DNA from: a virus | Taxonomy: Duplodnaviria; Caudoviricetes | Strand: one strand, 5' to 3' | IMG/VR virus record: IMGVR_UViG_3300009314_000001 | Length of the DNA: 64,000 nucleotides | In this document: positions 28,680 through 37,129 of the stretch, in pieces | How the letters are laid out: each line of letters starts with the position of its first letter | How positions within the stretch are numbered: position 1 is the stretch's first letter | Notes under the pieces: model-generated | The model's input: the letters and a program-made list of their open reading frames with translations, nothing else | Told to the model about the DNA's origin: nothing | The model's database searches: none | Program-made: the position numbers and the translations under genes

Positions 28680-29305
28680 TAGTATTCGTCTTCGGGTTCC
28701 ATTGGCTGATCTAATACATCATTGAGATCAGTTTGGCCACCCTGGACGTTTTGGTTAAGTATATTAATACCAGCTTTGGTAGCTGCTATCATTCTGGCGT
28801 TGGCTTCCATAATCTTAACAGCAGTCGAATTTATATTAGCTTTTACTTCAACTGCCTTCACCAGACCATCTACCCACATCCTTTGTGGTTGAGTATTAGC
28901 ATTAGTAGCATTATCTATTTGTCCACGTAATAAATCTATGACATCCTGCGTTTCTTGCCTATCAGATCTACATGCCTTCAAGACTTCGTCAGTTACAGCC
29001 TCCAAATTCTCATGGTATTTTGATAGATCAACAACAGGTCTAGCCTCATCACTTGCTATCTCGAAGCTTTCTTCCTGATTAATACCACTAAGATCACGTA
29101 CATCAACAGGACGTAAGGCCTCTTCTGCCGGAAGCAAGTCCTCAGGATCTTCGAGATCTGAATAATCTTCTTCTATTGGTAGTCCAAGAGTCTCGTCATC
29201 AGACTCCTCGATCCCCAATTGATCCATTACTTGTTCTTCTTCTGTTTCATCATCTAATTGGTTCAGAAGATCACCAATCTCTTGGTCTAATTTATCTGCC
29301 ATCAT
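28679..29305 (-). CDS. acidic hypothetical protein; terminase small subunit candidate by position only
   Basis: Acidic N-terminus, helical hairpin-like middle; two genes upstream of the large terminase. Confidence 0.55.
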   Translation of the reverse strand: MMADKLDQEIGDLLNQLDDETEEEQVMDQLGIEESDDETLGLPIEEDYSDLEDPEDLLPAEEALRPVDVRDLSGINQEESFEIASDEARPVVDLSKYHENLEAVTDEVLKACRSDRQETQDVIDLLRGQIDNATNANTQPQRMWVDGLVKAVEVKANINSTAVKIMEANARMIAATKAGINILNQNVQGGQTDLNDVLDQPMEPEDEY

Positions 29306-30116
29306 GAACCCTTAATTCGTGACATAAGCTATTGAGCCAATCTCTATCTATATTAGGTACGCTCATCAACCTTTTAGCAGCAACTAGGAGCATTGGCTTA
29401 TCATTTACTTGTTCTAATATATGTGCAGCAACTTCCTTACCAATATTATTAGCTATAAATTCGGCAGCCTCGGAGAACCTACTATTCTTCAAACTCTTAG
29501 ACATAGTCCTTTCTTGTGTTCTAGAGCTATCACGATGTGCCCGTCTGGCCCCACCTTTATCCTGTTGATGACCTGGCTTTCTCTTTGGTTTGATTCTATC
29601 ACCAAAGCTCGGCAGGCCAGTCTCAGTATGTCCATCGTCATCCTGCCGAATCCCACCCTTCTTAGGCCTCATATGCCTACGCACTCTATTCCTTATAGCT
29701 TCTGGAGATTCTATGAGTGCTTGAAAGTCACCTATTGTAGCAGTACCTTCATCAATTTTCTTTATCACGTCCTCCGCCATTCTATCAAGCTCGGATCCCA
29801 TATCAGGAGGTAAGAATTGTGCTAATCTAGCAACAATCTCTTTTGCATCTTTTAGACCTTCCAAGGCATATTCATTCTCGCCTTTTTCTATAGATACTTC
29901 GATATCATCTATATGATGACTCAACGATAAAAGCTCATTCTGAAGTTGGTCATGACTAAGCTCTGGTTCTTCATCACGTGTATAGAGTTCATCCTGTAGT
30001 TGATCAGATATGTCAGGTTCTAAGAGACTATCTATTTCCCGATCTCGTGTGTATTGTTCTAAGGCATCATCATGTCCATGTAAATGATGCCCAGGAGGAT
30101 ATGCACTTTCTGTCAT
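29292..30116 (-). CDS. hypothetical protein
   Basis: Start moved to ATG 30116 (MTESAY) after AAGGA. Confidence 0.7.
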   Translation of the reverse strand: MTESAYPPGHHLHGHDDALEQYTRDREIDSLLEPDISDQLQDELYTRDEEPELSHDQLQNELLSLSHHIDDIEVSIEKGENEYALEGLKDAKEIVARLAQFLPPDMGSELDRMAEDVIKKIDEGTATIGDFQALIESPEAIRNRVRRHMRPKKGGIRQDDDGHTETGLPSFGDRIKPKRKPGHQQDKGGARRAHRDSSRTQERTMSKSLKNSRFSEAAEFIANNIGKEVAAHILEQVNDKPMLLVAAKRLMSVPNIDRDWLNSLCHELRVHDGR

Positions 30117-30126
30117 CTTTATTTCC

Positions 30127-31776
30127 TTACGGTAAAAATTCTGCTCCACCATGGTCATACTTGAGGTCTTCGACGTCCATCTTCATCATCGGCAGTCTCT
30201 CACCACCGTAGCCCTCATTAACACACAAGTAAGCAAGTTCAGTACAGTATCTCGCAATCCTAACCATGTCCTCATAATTAATTTTATCCGCCGTATCCCT
30301 GCTCGTATGATAATCATTGTGACTACCAGTAAACAACCATACTGCAGGAACACCAGCAGACCTAAATCTGGCATGATCTGATGCGCTACCACTAGTACGA
30401 GTAAGGTCATCAGCAAATGGATACGTAGGACTCAATCTATCAATATAATCATCCCAATCAGCACCAAGTTCTGCCCATTGTATCTCGTGTTCACCGAGTT
30501 TCTGAGAATAGACGTGACCAAATCGATATCTCCCAACCATATCACAATTGATCATAGCAATATGGTCATCAATATCTGGATTTCCCTTCGGGAAAGTCGG
30601 ATTATTGACGTAATATCCAGCACCTATCAAGCCACTCTCTTCGGCCGTATACAATTGAAAAACAATAGTTCTTGGACCCGGCTTCATCAATGAAAAAGCA
30701 TACGCAGCACACATCACGACCACAGAACCAGATGCATTATCATCAGCACCCAATCGACCATTACCCAAATGATCCAAGTGGCCACCTACAACTACAACAT
30801 CATTTTTCAACGCCGGATCAGTACCCTCGATATATGCAAAGAGATTCTCATCACGATAACTACCACTCCAGGTAACTTTCTGCCGCTCCGTCTCCAACCC
30901 CCATTCCTTATACAAATCCTCAATATACTTCACAGCTTTCTGATAACCAGGTCTGTTTGGCCTACGTCCATCAAGTTCTGATGATGCTAGATAATAGAGC
31001 CATTCCTTCTGATCCTCTTGTGTGATTTTCTTAACAGCTTCTTCAACGGGCAAATAAGGTGGAGGCTCTTCTGCATTACCAAAGTTCAAAGGCTCGGCGA
31101 CACCCTGTTTACCAGCTTTATTCTGGCCAGCTTGAATAGTAACAGTAGTACTACCATCATATGTGTTAATCCAGCCATCCTGTAGCACCTCAGATACTGC
31201 ATATGATCCAGCAGATAAATCGGCAAATACATAATGACCTTGATTATTAGTGACTGTTGTCTTATCATTCAGTTTAATAGTCCAACCGGCAAGTCCTGGC
31301 TCATTAGAATCCCAAGTACCGTCATTATCAGTATCATGCCATTTGAAACCTGATATTGAAGACGGAGGCGGCGGCGGAGGTGGCACGAACTTGCCTTTGT
31401 AATGAGCAATATCTGTACCTTCAACTCCTTTACCGGTCACATCCATAACTAGCCGGTGCTCACCAAGTTTGGCCTTCTCTTTGCCCTCGAAAGTCCATGT
31501 TTCATCTGTTTCGAGGACATAGTTTTTATTAGTATCACCACTTTTTAGTGCTAGTTGGATTGGTGCCATACCGGGATCTAATTCCACAGTGTGATTGATA
31601 CTAGACACGGCTACAGAACCGGTATTATCAACTATGCCAGTAATAGTATACTCTGTGTCCTTGTTAATCTCCGGCCCAGGTGGTGTATCTGCAGTATCTC
31701 CATTAATCTGCAGATCAACAGAAATAGCAGGCTGACAACCAGCCAACAATAGCACTAAAAGTAGCAATTTTCTCAT
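30127..31776 (-). CDS. lipoprotein with Ig-like and SdrD-B/Cna-B-like domains and an M28 metallopeptidase domain
   Basis: Lipobox LLAGC; ISGFKWHDTDNDGTWDSNEPGLAGWTI; GGHLDH, GADDNASG, AEESG, NCDMVG, SDH and YH zinc-binding motifs. Confidence 0.9.
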   Translation of the reverse strand: MRKLLLLVLLLAGCQPAISVDLQINGDTADTPPGPEINKDTEYTITGIVDNTGSVAVSSINHTVELDPGMAPIQLALKSGDTNKNYVLETDETWTFEGKEKAKLGEHRLVMDVTGKGVEGTDIAHYKGKFVPPPPPPPSSISGFKWHDTDNDGTWDSNEPGLAGWTIKLNDKTTVTNNQGHYVFADLSAGSYAVSEVLQDGWINTYDGSTTVTIQAGQNKAGKQGVAEPLNFGNAEEPPPYLPVEEAVKKITQEDQKEWLYYLASSELDGRRPNRPGYQKAVKYIEDLYKEWGLETERQKVTWSGSYRDENLFAYIEGTDPALKNDVVVVGGHLDHLGNGRLGADDNASGSVVVMCAAYAFSLMKPGPRTIVFQLYTAEESGLIGAGYYVNNPTFPKGNPDIDDHIAMINCDMVGRYRFGHVYSQKLGEHEIQWAELGADWDDYIDRLSPTYPFADDLTRTSGSASDHARFRSAGVPAVWLFTGSHNDYHTSRDTADKINYEDMVRIARYCTELAYLCVNEGYGGERLPMMKMDVEDLKYDHGGAEFLP

Positions 31777-33353
31777 CAGATCACAGTCCCTTTTTCGAAC
31801 TTGAAAGTACCAGGCTGACCAGGTACTGGAACAAGAATATGGTCGTATCTCGACCCATCACTATCGATGTGATATGGCCTTCCTCTGATCACAATTCTCT
31901 CGTCAGCAACCTCACCCTTAATCGTACCGTTAAGAGGAGCACAATTAGCGGCTGAAACAAACTTGTAGGAACCAGGATTTGTCGGATCAGATGCAACAAC
32001 ATGATCACACCTTGTACCGTCACTATCGATATGATAGACAGTACCAGATAATACAATCTGCAAACCTGAACCAATCGACCCATATATATAGCCATTAACT
32101 GGCCGATACGGAGGCGGAGGCGGAGGAATAATCTCACCAGGAACACCTTGGAATTTCGGGAAATAGGCGTAATCATATGAATCTAGGTATCGATTGTAAG
32201 TCGATACTGTTGTCATCCATGCTCCCTGATTCTTAGGACCCCAACCCCAATTACCCTTCACGGCGTGCATCAGATCGAACATTTCGTTCGGACTTCGAAT
32301 GGCTTTAACGTCAGCCCAGGTGATGACTGTACCATCACTGAGACTACCGAATGGCCAATTAGAGTCGCTAATCTCACCGCTCCAACCACCACCCCACGTC
32401 TGCCCATGAAGCATAGCATGATTAGATTTTGAGATACTGTTGACGCCCTTGCTCTTAAACCATGAGATGCACTCGTCAGACCAGTCCTGGCCGTAGCATG
32501 TTTGAGCATGCCCACCGATACCTCTTGTCGTATCAAGTCCTCCGGAGCCAGCCGTCGTATTAGACCCATGGTGAAGGGAAGCACCACGACGAGCAAGACC
32601 CTTATACATCTCGTCGCTTGTCCCGGTAACTTCAACAATAGCACCGTCATCATATCTGAAATTGGAGTGTACCCAGTTCTCGATAGCATCTGGCGGGCCA
32701 CCACGACACCATACAGATGAAGGATATCGCTCACATTGGGATTCTGTATGGAATTCCAAGTCCTGGTAACTCGGTGTGGTCAACTTCGTGCCTAGTGCTC
32801 GACCATCAAAAATTGTGGCCGGGCACCAACCATGTTCCCTGGCGACAGAGGCATGAGCACTCATATACCAACCAGAACCACAACTACCACGATATGAGTA
32901 GGCCCACAATGAAGCCAGAGTGAACATCTGGTATTCATTCGTTGGATCTCGTGATTGGACACCAAGCAGATTCATCATCATCTCGGCACCCGATGCTCCT
33001 ACACAGTTACCAGAATTCTGGAGCATCTGGTAAATCCAATTATTATATCCTTCGTTGTATTTCTCGAACTCTTCGAAGGAATATGCCGTAAAGACATAAC
33101 ATCCCTCAACACCCTGATACGGCTCCATCTCATCGTCGCCGCGATTATCGTACATCGTAAGAGAATCCTCGGCACGATATTGATTTTTACCGACAAGGTC
33201 TCGAAATCGCTCCTGTTCCTTGAGTGCTTTTCTGCCTTCTGGCGTACTCGGATCTGGAAGTATGCATCCGGTGTAACCACCGGCATAAGCGGCTTCCAAG
33301 GCTTTTGTTTTCAGTGCTCGATCTTGGATCGATGGTAGGAATTCATTGGACAT
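31776..33353 (-). CDS. papain-like (C1-type) cysteine protease
   Basis: QNSGNCVGAS (Q...C), GGHAQ (His), GQTWGGGW (NSWG position); PPPPPP linker and two C-terminal repeats. Start moved to ATG 33353. Confidence 0.75.
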   Translation of the reverse strand: MSNEFLPSIQDRALKTKALEAAYAGGYTGCILPDPSTPEGRKALKEQERFRDLVGKNQYRAEDSLTMYDNRGDDEMEPYQGVEGCYVFTAYSFEEFEKYNEGYNNWIYQMLQNSGNCVGASGAEMMMNLLGVQSRDPTNEYQMFTLASLWAYSYRGSCGSGWYMSAHASVAREHGWCPATIFDGRALGTKLTTPSYQDLEFHTESQCERYPSSVWCRGGPPDAIENWVHSNFRYDDGAIVEVTGTSDEMYKGLARRGASLHHGSNTTAGSGGLDTTRGIGGHAQTCYGQDWSDECISWFKSKGVNSISKSNHAMLHGQTWGGGWSGEISDSNWPFGSLSDGTVITWADVKAIRSPNEMFDLMHAVKGNWGWGPKNQGAWMTTVSTYNRYLDSYDYAYFPKFQGVPGEIIPPPPPPYRPVNGYIYGSIGSGLQIVLSGTVYHIDSDGTRCDHVVASDPTNPGSYKFVSAANCAPLNGTIKGEVADERIVIRGRPYHIDSDGSRYDHILVPVPGQPGTFKFEKGTVI

Positions 33354-33381
33354 ATCTGACTCCAAGGATAAAAATTGGGTA

Positions 33382-34134
33382 TTAGACTGATTCTCTGAGT
33401 CCTTTAGCACAATCAACAAGCAACGATCCATAATCGGTGTTTGTCGCACCCTCTTGCCCCAACTTGTCGAACCAATCCTGTAACAATATGCGGAAAGGCT
33501 GCCAAGCAGTTAATGCTGGCTCACCCTTGGGGTCGAGGACAGCGCGAAAGCCCTTGCTAACGTCCTCAGAGATCTCAATCCTGCCGTTAAGTTCACCACC
33601 AGTAACCTTAGCAACAGTCGCATCACATGCGGCAGCTAATTGCGTAGCCGTAAGGATACGATCTGGATCAGCAGTTGCTGCTAAAGCCTGATCCTTAAAT
33701 TCTTCGACACGATCTGGCGGGGGTGGTGGCGGATCAAATTTGCCCTTGTAATGGGCTGGATCAGAGGCTTCGACCCCATCTCCAGTGACATTCATTACTA
33801 GACGGTGTTCGCCGAGTTTGGCTTTCTCCGTTTCTTCGAATATCCATGTCTCGTCGGTATCAAGAACGTAGTTTTTGTTTGTGTCTCCGCTCTTGAGCGC
33901 CAACTGGATCGGTTGCATACCTGGTGCCAGCTCAACCGTATGATTGATTTCTGACACGGCCACAGAGCCGATATTATCGACTATCCCAGTAATTGTAAAT
34001 TCCGTATCCGCCGTGATTTCGGGTCCAGGCGGGGTATCTGCAGTATCGCCATTAACCTGCAGATCGACAGAAATTGCTGGTTGGCAACCAACAATCGCGA
34101 GTAACAATAGCAATAGCAATAGGTTCTTAACCAT
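33382..34134 (-). CDS. lipoprotein, paralog of the N-terminus of 30127-31776
   Basis: Lipobox AIVGC; about 120 near-identical residues up to the polyproline linker, then a helical domain. Confidence 0.85.
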   Translation of the reverse strand: MVKNLLLLLLLLAIVGCQPAISVDLQVNGDTADTPPGPEITADTEFTITGIVDNIGSVAVSEINHTVELAPGMQPIQLALKSGDTNKNYVLDTDETWIFEETEKAKLGEHRLVMNVTGDGVEASDPAHYKGKFDPPPPPPDRVEEFKDQALAATADPDRILTATQLAAACDATVAKVTGGELNGRIEISEDVSKGFRAVLDPKGEPALTAWQPFRILLQDWFDKLGQEGATNTDYGSLLVDCAKGLRESV

Positions 34135-34204
34135 GGGGTCACCATAATAGCAGAGGAGTATCTTTATACCTTGATTCTACGTTGAACCAAGCGCACATCT
34201 CTTG

Positions 34205-34214
34205 ATTATATTTG
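34205..34214 (-). promoter_or_regulatory. putative late promoter CAAATATAAT
   Basis: Identical to 17805-17814; upstream of the lipoprotein-protease triad. Confidence 0.45.
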
Positions 34215-34218
34215 GTGC

Positions 34219-35241
34219 CTACTCCTCGTCGTGGTCGATATTTGACTCACGACGACCATCGGATTTTTGTTCAGCACCTTTATTAGTTGGAGAATCTGTA
34301 AATTCCAGACTCCGCAACTTTATAAATTTGATAAAATTGGTGACTGTTGGGCGAGAAAGCCCTGATCGTTGCACCAGTTTACCTATTATCCCATCATATG
34401 GTCTATCATCGTTGTATATCAGGTATTCCAGTGCATTAAGGATTGTTAAGAAGTCATCATGATACTTGCACATATCCCTAGCTTCACTAAGGAATCTAAT
34501 CATGATGTCACTGGTTGGTTTGGGCTTATTACTAAGATGGCCAATATACGAGGCAGAATTCTTCCTATCCCTAGCTTCTTTCTTAATATATGCTAGGATT
34601 ACCGTACGGGATATCTGTGACCACATATTAAACACTTTAGACATCCCACGGTATAATACCGTCTCAGATCCTCCATATCTGCCCTGCATCGGCTCTACAA
34701 TAGGAATTACCACCAATTTATGCTTACAATGCGGACAACACTTATGTAACTTCAGAGTTTCTTTCAGCGTTTTTATACCATATTCCTTATCGGCAGGCTC
34801 ATATAATAGAGAATCAGACGGCCGATCAGGACTAAAACAAGACCTACAATGTGGTCTAGCACGATACTTATATAGTGTCCGCTCTATTTGACACCACGCT
34901 GTCTGTAGAAGATCTCCAAAGGCAGATTCTTCTTGCCCAGGATATATCGTATGGAGGCCTTGTTTCCTGATAATTTGTCTAATTAGTTCAGTGGCATGTG
35001 ACATTATCTTGTCACGTAAGTTTACTTGTGTACATCCAGTCCAGATGTACTTGGTCAATTGCCACTCAACAATTTCATTGACAAAATATAATCGGCGGGT
35101 TGGTGCTGCATCACCAGGTAATGCACCATTTGCAGGGTTAGTCTGCGACGGCGATGAGTTGTTTTTGTCGTGTCCGTTTGAACAGCCGTTTGGGCACGAC
35201 ATATCGACGTTTGATGAGTTTTTCACCATCAATGCTTCCAC
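34219..35241 (-). CDS. sigma-70-family (gp55-like) phage sigma factor with a Zn-ribbon insertion
   Basis: Region-2-like ELIRQII...GDLLQTAWCQIERTLYKY and KVFNMWSQISRTVILAYIKKE flank a CRSC...CCPHC insert; C-terminal HTH-like SGLSRPTV. Start uncertain. Confidence 0.6.
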   Translation of the reverse strand: MEALMVKNSSNVDMSCPNGCSNGHDKNNSSPSQTNPANGALPGDAAPTRRLYFVNEIVEWQLTKYIWTGCTQVNLRDKIMSHATELIRQIIRKQGLHTIYPGQEESAFGDLLQTAWCQIERTLYKYRARPHCRSCFSPDRPSDSLLYEPADKEYGIKTLKETLKLHKCCPHCKHKLVVIPIVEPMQGRYGGSETVLYRGMSKVFNMWSQISRTVILAYIKKEARDRKNSASYIGHLSNKPKPTSDIMIRFLSEARDMCKYHDDFLTILNALEYLIYNDDRPYDGIIGKLVQRSGLSRPTVTNFIKFIKLRSLEFTDSPTNKGAEQKSDGRRESNIDHDEE

Positions 35242-36769
35242 CAGGAAACACTATGGTCGTACGATAACCGGCATTAACCATAGCCCGCAAACGAGCCTTC
35301 GAATGATCGTAAAGGTATTTGTTGCATCGGAAGTAAAAGTCAAAAACCCTACTACGACCTAATCGATTTCTCCGTACCGCACGGCCAATTTTCTGTACAA
35401 AGTCCGATTCTAACTTACCGCCGGTTGCAATAACTAAATTCTCACAACCACCCGATAAGTCTAGACCCCTATTAATTATTTTACCACCAATAAGTACATC
35501 TAACTCACGCCTCTCGAACGCACGCAGCATTTCATCACGACGGCGCTTAGTAGTCTGGCCATATATAAATGATGTCGAAAGACCACTATCCCTAATAATC
35601 TTCTCCAAATGCTTCCCAAGTGCTATCTTATCGACAAGGATTAATGTTCCGTCACCCTTATACCTATTGCAAAGAGCAGCTATGAGCTTATGAAAATCTC
35701 TATTCTCTGTCATCCATTCTTCATAAGCAATATCATATGCCGATCCCTCATGTATATCTCCATCAATCCCAAAACCCATTGAGAAATACTCACAAGGAAT
35801 AATCTGTCCTATCTTCTCCAACCTTCTTCTAGGCACTATCATAATAGGTGATCCAAGGTGCTCCTGCATCACCATAGCCTCCACAGGCTTCTCAGGATCA
35901 AAAGGAGTGCCAGAAAAACCATATCGACGTCTACCTTTAAACCAGTGCCGGAATAGCATCTTGAATTGATCTGATGTTGCCTTATCGCACTCATCAATTA
36001 TAATCATCTCGGCTTCTTTCACATATTTCCGGAGCTCTTTCGCATTCTTCTTGCGAGTTTGAAAAGCCTGTAATTGTGATTCCCACTTCTTCAGACGCTT
36101 TTCAAACTTCTCCTTCGGCTCTCCTTCCTCTTGATTAGGTGGCTGAGGAGGCATACCAGGGCTACCCAAGGATTGAATAAGTCCTACTACGATTAATTCA
36201 CCATTGGGGCGACGACCAGCATAAAATATACCAACCTCCTCGGCAACATCCCGAAGCTCAAGGCGTTGTTTCAATTGTGTTACAACCACTGTCTGATCAG
36301 CAATAATAACCGTAGGACATTCTATAGCCTTACAAATACCACATATAATCTCACCCTTGCCGCCACCAGTTGGTATATCATACACTCCACATTCTATCAG
36401 ACAGGCCTGCTTAATGCTCTTCACCTGATAATCGTGTAATTTTATTCCCGATAGGAAATCCTCAGTAACTTTATCGGGTGCGATAGGGCTATATTCCCAC
36501 TTCTCGCGATGATCCTTGACCACCAATGGTATATCATGCTTTCTGCAGAGCCCCCGAAGCATACTCAGAAGCGGCCTAGCTATCCTTTTCTTCGCTCTGT
36601 TGTATTTCCGATAAACTCCGTCCCACTGTCCCAATTGGTCTGGATCTATATGGACATTGGGGAGAGACACACTGAACTCTTCCCAAAGCATATCCTCTTC
36701 AGGTTCGGTCAGGTGATTGAAGTATAACCACTGGTTGCTTGTTACATTAGCTCTCATAATATCCTCCAA
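35138..36769 (-). CDS. SF2 helicase, UvsW-like
   Basis: LHDYQ, IPTGGGKG, IIDECD, YGFSGTP, INRGLD, QKIGRAVR. Confidence 0.92.
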   Translation of the reverse strand: MEDIMRANVTSNQWLYFNHLTEPEEDMLWEEFSVSLPNVHIDPDQLGQWDGVYRKYNRAKKRIARPLLSMLRGLCRKHDIPLVVKDHREKWEYSPIAPDKVTEDFLSGIKLHDYQVKSIKQACLIECGVYDIPTGGGKGEIICGICKAIECPTVIIADQTVVVTQLKQRLELRDVAEEVGIFYAGRRPNGELIVVGLIQSLGSPGMPPQPPNQEEGEPKEKFEKRLKKWESQLQAFQTRKKNAKELRKYVKEAEMIIIDECDKATSDQFKMLFRHWFKGRRRYGFSGTPFDPEKPVEAMVMQEHLGSPIMIVPRRRLEKIGQIIPCEYFSMGFGIDGDIHEGSAYDIAYEEWMTENRDFHKLIAALCNRYKGDGTLILVDKIALGKHLEKIIRDSGLSTSFIYGQTTKRRRDEMLRAFERRELDVLIGGKIINRGLDLSGGCENLVIATGGKLESDFVQKIGRAVRRNRLGRSRVFDFYFRCNKYLYDHSKARLRAMVNAGYRTTIVFPGGSIDGEKLIKRRYVVPKRLFKRTRQKQLIAVAD

Positions 36770-36811
36770 GCACCTGTGGCAAACAAATAGCTACCGGTTA
36801 AATACGGGTAG

Positions 36812-37129
36812 TCAATCAAGGCGTCCTGGCATCATTCTAGCGATAGTGTCTATAGGATCAAACTGCGGCTCCTCATTCTCATCACATCCAAATAATTCTT
36901 CTATTCTATCTATAGACTTCGGATCATTTAGGTCAAAAGTATGTGGGCCTATTTTGAGAATGGTTTCATTAATAACAATAGCATCTGGATAAAGTCCTTC
37001 CACCACAGGACCATAGATATGAATCTGTACGCCCATATCAAATCCGACCGGATTATCATATGGGTCTAGCCAAGCCCTATGATCAGGACTCGTGTTGATG
37101 AGATCTACTATAGCCTTTAGTACATCCAC
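36812..37129 (-). CDS. hypothetical protein with FDLNDPKS motif
   Basis: 105-aa ORF coupled to the reductase gene. Confidence 0.6.
   Translation of the reverse strand: MDVLKAIVDLINTSPDHRAWLDPYDNPVGFDMGVQIHIYGPVVEGLYPDAIVINETILKIGPHTFDLNDPKSIDRIEELFGCDENEEPQFDPIDTIARMMPGRLD

Noticed and set aside
26287-36769. Inteins or introns in the terminase and helicase genes
   Set aside because: Motif spacing is continuous and no splicing-junction motifs are present.
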